From Hemiscyllium ocellatum (Eukaryota): DNA of 64,000 bases. The DNA is taken from assembly GCF_020745735.1 (NCBI RefSeq), contig NC_083402.1, positions 148,408,527 through 148,472,526 on the forward strand, in the 5' to 3' direction. This document shows, in pieces, positions 41,601 through 53,600 of the stretch (positions within the stretch are counted from its first letter, which is position 1; the number at the start of each line of letters is the position of its first letter). A program made the position numbers and the translations under genes. The notes below the pieces were generated by a model that did no database searches, was not told where the DNA came from, and saw nothing but the letters and a program-made list of their open reading frames with translations.

Positions 41601-44600
41601 GTCTATTACAAAATCACCTTCAATATTTGTGGTCTTATAACAGTTCACTTCCTTAACTTTATGACTGAAAATCACTTACGACAATTTACTTCATCACTTC
41701 CGTCTTTGCAGTCAACGTCTCCATCACAAAACCATTTCTGGTGAATACATTCACCCGAACCACACCGGTGGTCATTAGGAGCGCAAGTGACAAGTGGAGC
41801 TGTTATGCCCCCACATCTGTCTGGGGATTCATCAGACTGATCAGCACAGTCAACATTGTGGTCACACAGCCAACTCAAGGATATACATTCTGAAGAATGA
41901 CTGCATTGAAACTCATGTGGGCCACAGGAAGTTGGTAGACAGCCTCTTTCATCACTTCCATCGCCACAGTCATTATCACCATTACAGCTAAACTTCTTGG
42001 AAATGCATCTGCCATTGGAGCAAGTGAACTCTGTTGGACTGCAGGTAATCTGGCCTGGAGGGTTTAAAAAAAAGACAAAAGCCGCAATAAAAACTTAATC
42101 AACTGGAGGCTCCGGAACTATGAAATTAATGTTAAAATCTAAATGACAAATAAGAAAATCTAGCTTAATACCAGCTTAATAGTAGAATGGCTCACTTATC
42201 TATATAGTTAAGAGCCTGGATAAAATTTTACACCCATCAAGTTTTGTAATTGAGCTCCAACATAGAACAGGTTACCGTCAGAACAGAAACAGGGACTAGC
42301 TTGCATCAACAGGATTTCTATTTCATTAGATAGAGTGGGGGTGGGGTTTTTGGGTAAAAGGTTCGGCAAACCACCTCTATGTAGTGATCCAAGAGGTTAT
42401 TGATTGGGATCAGTGTCTACCATATTTTAAATATTAAGGATGGGATAGAGACCAAAATAGTCTTAAGGAATCAAAGAATAGGGGAAGCAGGTGGGAAGGT
42501 AGATTTGAAGATCAAAATTAATATCTGATTGTATTGAAGCACAGTAGGCTCAAGCTGCTTACCTTCCTAATAGAAATGGGTTAAATAATGTGCCTATCAT
42601 CTTAGTGGCAGTACACGAGAGGGTTAGCTGACAGTTGAAACAAGGGAGGCATTGTCAGGATGGTGACTTGCAACCAAAAGGAGCACCAAAGATCATTGCT
42701 GGTGCCATAAATTTACAGCATAGGAATAGCTTCAAAATCCTGAGACAACATATTCCAAGTCTCCTTAGTAGAAGGAGAACAGACCCTCAGGGAAACTCTC
42801 CACCTGCAAGCTTCAAAGGAAGTGAATGCACCACTGCTCAGTTTGTGGATGATAAAAATAAGTGGGAAGGCACTCTTGGAGGAGGATGGCGAGGGAGATA
42901 TAGAAAACGTTGAGTGAGCAAAAGCTTGACAAATAGAATGTGGGAAAATGTGAGGTTCTCCCTTTGGAATTTTTCTCTCAAATTCATTTATTGCCAGAAA
43001 ACTATGGAACAAGAGGGATTTGGGAATGAGTCAAAAGATAGCATGGGTTCAGTGAGAAAGTGGAATATTGACCATGTCAAAGGGAATGAATTATAAAATA
43101 TGGCAGTTTTACTATGACTATATAAAAAAAAGAGGTATTATTCAGTCTAATGAGATGTTGAGCAGTTTTGCTCTCATTCTCCAATGGAGATTGGAGGCAG
43201 TCCAGAAGATTTGCTAGGCTCCTTCCTGTTATGGAAGGGCCTGGATTCATTGGAGTTACGAATGAGTGGTGACCTTAATTGAAGCATACAAGTTTTAGGG
43301 GGCTGACAGGACAGAAATAAATTGATGCAAGGCCAGATGGCATAATCTCAGCAAGGGATCACTAATGGAGACAGGCGAGGGAGGTATTTCCTGAGGGTAA
43401 CGAGTCTCTGGAATTCTCCACTGGCAATGATTGCCGAGGCAGGGTCATAGTTTTTTTTATTCACTTATGGGAATCACAGGCTCCATCAGAATTTATGCCT
43501 ATCTCTAGTTGCGAACTAATGACTCACCACAATCCATGTGCACTCCAGGATTTTGACCCAATGTTATTACAAAAACAGATATTTCCGAATCAGGATGGCG
43601 AGTGACTTCGTGGTGGGTGGGGGAACTTGCAGGTGGAGAGTTTCCCAGAGGGTCTGTTGTCCTTCTACTAAAAAGAGACTTGGAATATGTTGTCTCAGGA
43701 TTTTGATTTTCTGCAGTGCATCTCAATATTGTATTCAAATCACACTCCTAGAGGAGGTAGATAGAAGACTCCCTGAAACTGGTCAGTTGGTGAATTATTG
43801 CAATATTCCTAGTCTATGATCACTCTTGTAGCCACTAATGCAACTAGCCCAGTTCAGTTTCTGGTTAATAGTAGCCATTAGCATATTGATAGTGGGGGAC
43901 AGATGATAATTCAGTGAAATTGTTAGATTCTCATTTTAGATGGTTACTGCTTATATGAATCCCAATGGTCACTTATTAGCCCAAGTCTGGATATTGTCCA
44001 GTTCTTGATGCATTTGAACAGACTACTTCAAATGAGTTACAAAATGATATGAACATCTCCACTTGATCTTGGGGAGGGAAGGTCATTGAAACAGATGATT
44101 GGGATATAGTGTCCTAGACCCAACCAGAGGGCGGCACGGTGGCACAGTGGTTAGCACTGCTGCCTCACAGCACCTGTAGACCCGGGTTCAATTCCCGACT
44201 CAGGCGACTGACTGTGTGGAGTTTGCATGTTCTCCCTGTGTCTGCGTGGGTTTCCTCCGGGTGCTCCGGTTTCCTCCCACAGTCACAAAGATGTGCAGGT
44301 CAGGTGAATTGGCCATGCTAAATTGCCCATAGTGTTAGGTAAGGGGTAAATGTAGGGGTATGGGTGGGTTGCGCTTCGGCGGGTCGGTGTGGACTTGTTG
44401 GGCCGAAGGGCCTGTTTCCACACTAAGTCTAATCTAATCTAAAAAACTCCTACAAAAGATGCCCTGGAGCAGAGTTGACTGACCAACAACCACAACCATA
44501 ACCATGTGTGGCCAGGTATCACTCCCATCAGACTTTCCTTCCCAGGGCAGTGGATCATTAGATGACATTTTGCTTTTGGACAGAAGGCAGTGAATATTTT

Positions 44601-47600
44601 GTACATGTTAAAATCTTACCACAGTTTTCCTCATCAGCACCATCATCACAATCTAGTATACCATTGCACTTCCAGGAAACTGGAATACATCGAAAAGACT
44701 CCAAACCACATTTAATTTCTCCAATGGGGCATGCTGTCAGATCTTAAGAGAGAGACTTCATTAGTGCTCAGCTTTCACTAAACTGAGCAACAGTTTAGAC
44801 CAGATGAAAAAAAAGCTTTTACTATATGCTCTTAATCTTGAAACATAACACTGCACACGATGAGCATAGACAAGGATACAGCAACTCTGGCATTATCCAA
44901 ATTGCCCCTTGCCCATTTAACTCAAATGAGTGTCCTCACTGTGCTCCTTTTGGTTCGTTCCTGCAGAGGTTATCAAGGTTACCAAGTCTTTGGATTAATA
45001 AGCCACCTGCCTAATGGTCACAAGGCTGAAGGGATAAATTGCAGTGACTTGCGATGTCATTCTTAAGATAGTAGATTCAAGTAGTTCTTTGATTTTTTTA
45101 AGGGCACCTATGATGCAGTGGTAATGTCCTTGCCTCTGAGCAAGAGGGGCAAGTCCAAGTACCACATGCTCCTGAGATGTCTAACCAGCTTGATTAGAAA
45201 CACTGTTCTGGGCTTCTACTCTACCCATAGTTTGTTTTTCCACGTTATGCTTAAATTGAGAAAGTTTCTCAACTACTTTTGAAAGCAACAGGACAAAAAA
45301 AAAAATTCTCCTCCACCCCCACATAGTTGTCTATCTATTCAAGTTCAGGGGAACAAGGATTAACAAGCTTTTACTCAAACCAGCTCATCTTGAAAACTGG
45401 GAGGTGTGGGGACAACTGTGTGCTGTAAGCTACAATAGCAAGTATTATGTAGCACATTTACATTAGGAAGCACTTGAATATTTATCCCCATCTGCCATGA
45501 CTGACCAAGTTAATGCCAAGCCATAATTTTACAATTGAGCCAGCGCTGATCAAGGAATTGGTTTTAAAGTGTGAATGAAGCATAATTCACTGAAGACACC
45601 ACAATTGGGTTGCAGGTGGGGAACAAGACAGAGGATATACATGTATCAAGTAAAGGAGGCATTAAGAGAAGGACATTCAATAGTGAAGGAAACAAGCAGG
45701 TGTCTTTGCTCCACAGTAAATTCATGTGAGATCAGCTGATTCAGAAGTGAAACAAAAATTACACCTTAGAAAATAACTATTCCAGCCTCCAGTAAATACT
45801 TACAGCAAACTCCTTCACTTTCATCTGATCCATCATCACAGTCAGCTACACCATCACATTGCCACCTCGCAGGTATACATTGTCCATCATTGCATTTGAC
45901 CTCCATTACTCCACAGATTGTTTTGACTAGTCAATAAAAAAAATTTAAATTCAGTTAGTGTACTACTGTCTAGCATTGTTACTAAAGTGGAAATGGTTCT
46001 TTACATGAAATTGAAAAAATGGTCATATTGCATTGGGAAGTGCCTTTTAGTCATCAAGACCATTGATAGGAGCAGAAATTAGGCCATTTGTCCCATCAAA
46101 TCTGCTCTTTCATTCAATCATGGCTGATATTTTCAACCCCAACTTTGTTCCCACCCTCCCCCAGAACCTTTGATCCCCTTGGCAATCAAGAACTTGTTTG
46201 AAATGTACTCCATGACCTGACCTCCACAGCCTTCTGTGGCAAATGAATACCACTACTCTGGCTGAAGTTTCTCCTCCTTAGTTCTAAAGGGTCTTGCTTT
46301 ACTCTGAAGCTCTGCCCTGGGTGCTCGGTCAATGGAAATATCTTGCCAACATCCTCTGTCCAGGTTGAAACTCAGAACACTGATCAGATCCCCCCTCATC
46401 CTTCTAAACTCCATCGAGTATAGTCCCGGAGTCAAGTGTTCCTCAATATAACTGGTTTCCTTGTAGGTGCTGCAGCCCGACTTGTCACATTGTCCATGTT
46501 TAATTTCTAACATCTACAATACTTCATTTTACACTGTTCTTATACCTGCTCCACAATGATGTCCATCCTTTAGCAACTCCATTCCAGGTGGACACACACA
46601 AGTATATTTGGGACTGTAACTGTTGATTTGAGGAGCTGGTAGACACATGTATTTACATCCCCCATTTGTATTTTCCTTGCACCAGTTCTTGCCTAGGAAG
46701 AAAGATTAGTTTAAAAAAATTACTAGAAACAAGTGTCCCAGTAACTCAAAGTATTTAAAGAACCAATGACATGTAATATTGTATGCAAAGTAATGTGGAA
46801 AAATTCCAATACACTTTCCTCAGTTCATTCTATACATGACAGAAGTCAGTCAGGAGATGGTCATAAGCAATGGTTTTCATTAGGTTTATTACTAAAGGAA
46901 AGCACAGATTAAACCAAACTTCAATGTATTTCACCATGTGCTGGCTAAACCAAGATTTCAACAAGTATCACTATCTACAAGTATGATTCAGCTTTAGTGG
47001 AGGCTTGAATAGTTTTCACTTAGATATAACTCCAACGCAGACAAATTTCTACTTCAAAAAAGTGTTGGAAACTACAGTGTATGTATACAAATGGACCAAA
47101 GAGCTTTGAAGAACTTGGCTATGTATTAAATACTCAAAAGTAAAAGTCAACCATAAATGTAGCTTGTTTAAATGGCTTTTAAAGAAAAATTTAAATGGCA
47201 ACTTAATACGGTTCAATCTTTGAGTTATATTAATGGGCAGCATGGTGGGACTCTGGGACCTCAGCATTAGCACGGCTGCATCATAGTACCAGGGACCTGT
47301 ATTCAATTCCAACCTTGGTGACTGAAGTTTGCATGTTTTCCCTGTGCCTGTGATGGTTTCCACCAGGTGCTCTGGTTTCTGTTGACAAGGATGTGCAGGT
47401 TAGGTGGATTAGCCATGTTAAATCACCCATAGCATCCACAGATGTGTAGGCTAGGTGGGTTAACCATAATAAAGTGTAGGGATAAAACTGGGGCTTGGGT
47501 CTGGAGGGTCTGTGCAGACTCAGCTTAATGGCCTCTTACTGCTTTATGATTCTGTTGTCAGTTTAGAGTAACAGTTCAAAGCCACAAAATATGGGATTGC

Positions 47601-50600
47601 TAAAATGTGCCGATGTAATTAGTCAAAACATGAAGAATTAACTTCTATTTTATGCCCTCATGTGCAAAGTTTAGTGAGTAATTCAGTGGGTTCATTACAC
47701 TTTGGTGGATATATCCACCAGAGTTTGGAACAAAAGTGCACAAAATGTTGGATACAATTTATACTCCGAACATTCACTGGTAAATTTGGGCAAATATTAT
47801 ATTGATGAAACTAGCACAAAGTAGAAATCTCCAGTTAAACTTTGTGGAAAGGATTATGAAATTGGCAAATAGTTACTAAGATAAGGGGCAAGGGTAAATT
47901 TAGTGATGGGCATGGAGGGGTTTCTGTTTAAATATTCTCAAAGGTAGAGATCAGATTTTTCAAGTAATGAGATGTAGATTTTCCATTAAGAGATCTAAAG
48001 CACACTTAACAGATGAGAATAAAAGATTCTCAATCTTTTAAAAAGATAACCTGATCTGAAATGAATCTTGTGCATAACAGTTTACATTGTTGGCTACATA
48101 GAACAGTTGGATCTTCTGTAATCACACCGGCACCACTCCCCACCTCTTCCTCCACTACATCAATGACTGCATTGGCACCACCTTGTGCTCCTGCGAGGAG
48201 GTTGAGCAATTTATCAACTTCAACACATTCCATCCTGACCTTAAATTTACTTGGACCATCTGACACCTCCCTCCCCGTCCTGAACCTCTCCATTAATGAT
48301 GACCGACTTCACTGACTTTTTCCAAACAAACCCACCGACTCCCACAGCTACCTGGATTACACCTCTCCCCACCCTATCTCCTGCAAAAAATGCCAACCCG
48401 TATTCCCAATTCCTCCACCTCGGCCACATCTGCTCCCAGGAGGACCATTTCCATCACAATACACCAGATGGCCTTCTTTAGAGACTGCAATTTCCCTTCT
48501 CATATGGTTAAAGATGCCCTCCAATGAATCTTGTCCACATCCTGCACCTCTGCCCTCAGACTCCACCCCTCCAACCATAATGACAGAATGCCCCTGGTGC
48601 TCACCTTCCACCCTACCAACCTTCATAAACCAAATCATCCACCAACATTTCCATCACCTCCAAAAGACTCACCATCAGGGATGTATTTCCACCCCATCCC
48701 TTTCCACCTTCTGCCTACCTGGTCAGGTCCACCCCCACAACCCACCCTGGCACCATCCCCTGCCACTGCAGGGATTGCAAAACCTGCACCCACACCACCT
48801 CCCTTCACCTCCATCCAAGGCCCTAAAGGAGCCTCCCACATCCAAAGTTTTACCTGCACATCCACCAATAATCATTTATTGTATCCGTTGCAATCTCCTC
48901 TACATTGGGGAGACTGGACACCTCCTTAGAGAACATCTCCAGGACACCTGCATCCGTCAGCCACACTGCCCTGTGGCCCAACATTTCAACTCCCCCCTGC
49001 CAGTCTGCCGAAGACATGGAGGTCCTGGGCCTCCTTCACCTCCGTTCCCTCACCAAACACCTCATCTTCTGCCTCGGAACACTTCAACACAGTTTCCTCA
49101 TTTCCCCTTTCCCCACCTCACCCAGTTCCAAACTTCCAGCTCAGTACTGTCCCCATGACCTGTCCTACCTTTTCCACCTATCCACTCCCCCCTCCCCCTA
49201 TGACCTATCACCTTCAGCCCCTCCCGCACTTACCTATTGTACTCTATGCTGCCTTTCTCTACCCCCACCCTCTAGCTCATCTCTCCACCTTTCAGGCTCT
49301 CGGCCTTTATTCCTGATGAAGGGCTTTTGCCCGAAATGTTGATTTCACTGCTCCTTGGATACTAACTGAACTGCTGTGCTCTTCCAGCACCACTAATCCA
49401 GAATCCTTTACATTGTACTTGGATTAGATTTAAAATCTGTTTATTCACAAGGGATAGGGATGAGTGTATTCCAAGAGAATCTGTTTAAGTTGCTGTTAAA
49501 CTCAAATTGACAGTTGTTCAAGCAGACTAGGACAGCCTGAAGCACTATTTACTTCATCTAAACTGTTAAATGATATTTGTACAAAATTTTAAATTTTATT
49601 TTCACATGTACCAAGAGAAAAAAAAGCATTGTTTTGTCTACTACACAGGGAAGTCATACCACAGCCACAAACATCAGGATTAGAACAGAATGCAGAATGT
49701 AGTGTTATAGCTAAAAGGTACAGAGAAGGATCAACTCTAATGTGAGAAGTCTGTTTGCAAGTCTGATAACAGCAGGGAAACTGTTCATAAGTTTATTCAA
49801 ACTTTTGTATCTTCTGCCTGATGGGAGAGAGAGAGTATAATTGGAGTGGGAGAGATCTTGGATTACATCGGCTTCTTTTGAGACAGTGGAAAGTACAGAC
49901 AGGTCAGTGGAAGGCAGGCTGGTTTGGTGATGGACTGGGCTGCACTGAACTCCTTTCACATCTTGGACAGACAAGTTGCCATTCCAAGCTGTGGTGCATC
50001 TGGATGCTTTCCAAGGTGTATCTATAATTGGTAAAAATCATTATGGACACATTTTCCTGAGCTTTGAGGAAGTAGCGATATTGTGCGCTTTCTGGACAGT
50101 GGATGGACCAGAATAGATTGGTATTTGTTTGGAGCACCTCAGCCCCATTGATATAGATGGGGGTGTCCTCCACTGCTTCCTGAAGTGGATGACCAGCTTT
50201 TGTTTTGCTAAAAAATGGGAGGGAGACAGTGGCATGATGTAAAAGACAACAATAAAATCTCTCCTTCCTATACTCCATCTTATTTAAAGTAGATCCATTA
50301 TGGTGGGGTCATCAGCAAACTCAAAAGAGAGAGAGTTATGCTGCAATTACACCATTTATGGTAAACTGCTCTTACTGAAAGAGTGAACCATAGGACAATT
50401 CAAATAATATCCATTGTTGATTAACCATACTAAACATTGAAACTGTCAACTAGTTTCCATCTTAGCCAGGGAATTTCCAACCAGGAAGGCTACAACCTTG
50501 AAACTTTGTTTACTAAGGCTGTTCATTTAAAAAGATTGCTAGATATCCTACCTGATGGCTGTGAGAGCTCATGATAGATGATAACATCCCGAACATCCTG

Positions 50601-53600
50601 GAGATTGGAGATTAAAGTGATCAGATCCTTTCCTGTATATTTATTTGCTCGATAGATGGTGTTATGCTCCCAGCTAGTCCAGAAAATATGATCCTAAAGA
50701 GAACAACCATTTTCACAATTCATACTAGGTGCTAGCTAAGAAGGTCGAGTAGGTTAGGTTTATTTTCATTAGAAAAATAAAAAGGAGATGAGGGGGACCT
50801 GATTGAGGTTTATAAAATTAAGGGTAGAGAGAGGGTGGATAGAGACCAGCTTTTTCACATTGAAAGAGTGACCTCTTGTTAGTGAATTCTTCACCCTGGG
50901 GAAAAAAGGTGAAAAGTGTAAGGGGATACACCCTGCAAGTACTTCATACAGAGGGTGGAGGATGTCTGGAACACATTGCCAGCTGTTGTAGAGGCAGGCA
51001 TGGTAGATTCATTTAAGATACGTCTGGATAAATGCATGAGTAGGAGGGGAGCAGAGGGATCCAGATGCTTAGCAATTGACCGAACGGTTTAAGACAGTGG
51101 ATTTGAATCAGCTCAGGCTTGGAGGGCCGAAGGGCCTGTTCCTGGGCTATATATTGTCATACCAAAAGTCAGTCAAAAGCAATTTCACCCACTGGGAGAA
51201 TATAACAACCACTATTTGCACTGTAGCAGAGGTTATAGGGTAGAATTACTCAATGGGAAACTGAGTTCAGCAATGGAGTCTATTCAAATTTCTACCAGAA
51301 GTTTGATTCGGTCAGAAATGCATCTCGAATGGCAAAGAACTTGACTCCAACTGGGGAAGTCATGTACAGGCTTAACCTCCCACAAATACTACTACACCCA
51401 CCACATATTCCCACAATTTCAGATTGTCAACATCTAACATTTGTAGAAAATTTTACCCCACCATATTTCACCACTCTACCAATTAAAATAGATGGTTATT
51501 GTTTAATGCCCAAGGAAAATAGCTAAGTCTATGAACAGTCAAGAGCTTTAATGTTTTATTTTTTCAAAAAAGTTATGGTCACTTTTGTTGTGCACACTTT
51601 ACTGACTGCCTTGTGTACAGTCACTTGGGTATTAAGCAGATACAAGTTTATTGAAAATGGATGCATGCAATACAAAGGCTTAGTAGTATTTGTGAAATGG
51701 CAATTTTCCCCCAAAAGATCGTAAAATGTCACCTTTTCAAGAGGCAAAGAAAATAAACTGGGATATTTAAATACAGCAGCTTCTCATATGCTGTTTCATA
51801 GCTTCACCACGTTAGACCTTACCTCAAACACTGAAACACCATACGGATGAGCAAGAAATTCCATTGAGGAAAGCACAGTTTTTCTATCCTCTCCAGTCAC
51901 ATGTACACTTGACAGAACGTGCAGCTTAGAGTCAACCCAATATAGACGGCTTTGTGTGAGATCTAAGGCAAAGTGAAACTGAATAAAGTCATGCTGCAGG
52001 AATTTTGGGGGGGTAAAAACAAAATAACCCAAATCCGTTTTCACAAATCCACTCACCAAGTGTAATGGCACTAGGCCATTCAATGTCTCTGGTAACTAAC
52101 AACTTACGACCAACACCATTCATTCCTGCTTTTTCGATTACTGCTGGTTCACCCCAGTCTGACCAGTACATGTACCTTTCAAGAACAGATGTTTAAAATT
52201 AAACTCAAACTGCATTGTTTTGCATTTACAACATGTTATTTGACTGACAAGAAATACCACTGCTGCTCCATTGTCATTTTTGATGTATTTTTTCCTCAAG
52301 GCTTGTTGCTGCAATGCAGTAAAGATGGTAACACCAATTTTAGATTCTTACTATCTAGTATGATATTGGTTAGGTGAAGCTCATTTCAATATTGGAATTC
52401 AATCATTTGATACTTCTCTATAGCAAACCCACAACTTTCAATTAAGTAGGCACATTGAATTAAGCATTATTCCAATCCTGCATCTAGCTTAAGTCAATGT
52501 TTAAGGGACACAGTGCAAAAAATCCTTCTTCCTACAGTTTCCCTCTCGAAAGCAGCTATGTTATCATGATGGAATTCAGCACACAGGTGAAATCCAAGTC
52601 AATACACAAAAAAAAGTGAATGGATCCACAATGCCCATAATTATACATGCAAACCTAGAACATCCAGAACAGTTTCAATGTAGGAGCAAAGCAGCCATGT
52701 CAGCGAGAACACAAGAAAATAGCCAACTTCAGCATGCATTCAGATGGTCCTTCAGAAACATTGGTTACTTTCACACTTGCTACTACATGAACTAAGTTTT
52801 CCAGGTGTCGGTTGAGGACAGTGGAAAATCAAATCACATATTGGGTACATCGGAGTTTTTTTTTGCAAAGCTCCAGGGTCTGGTTGCCTTCAAAGAGGGT
52901 TAGTGTTTAATTGTGGTTTCTTCCATGGAGTGTTTATTATATTTATCAGTTACCACAGGGCCTGAACCCTCTAAATTGTTCTGCTCATTTCCAGGTGAAG
53001 AGCAGATTCCTTTTGTCACAAGGACAAATAGGTTTTAGAATAATTTTTTTGAAAAACAAATGTTTTGAATATGCAAAGGTCATTAGGGAACAAAGTAACT
53101 ACAAGAGGTACTGCATGCTTAATCAGTTCAGTAAATTACTGTTATGGGGAGTGGACAGTCTGGTCACTTTGATACTAGAATCTATCAGACTTCATTATCA
53201 CAACTGATTTGTAACCAGAAATCTGTAGCCAAAAAATACATTTAACTCCTTCAGGAAAATAAAAACAAGTGTTTTGACTTCCAGTTTGCTGTGACAGAAT
53301 CCCACTGAAGAAATTTCATCTCATTCCTAAAATGACCTTTGGTTGTATATTCCTGTCAAAGCAACCTTCCTACATCTACCATGTAGAAATTAAAAAATTG
53401 GAAGCTTCCATAAGCAACATCCTCCAAACTACTCCCTGTCCCAAGCTCTAGTATGTTTGACACCTGAATTGATCCAATCCCTGGTCATAAAGTCAGTCCC
53501 ACCATCCCAGGAATCAGCCAGGTAACCCTTTGAAATGGTTATGTTCACCATTTGTGTTGCAGACACTTCGTCCCCTGTCTAGGTGACATCCTCAGTGCTT

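Noticed and set aside
44129-44200. tRNA gene
   Set aside because: The A/B boxes belong to the tRNA-derived SINE head; no full cloverleaf.
38858-45926. Calling the gene LDLR, LRP8 or Lrp13 because the cluster has seven LA repeats
   Set aside because: Exon peptides, the 81-bp split-TM exon and the tail align best with VLDLR as recalled; no isolated membrane-proximal LA repeat as described for Lrp13.
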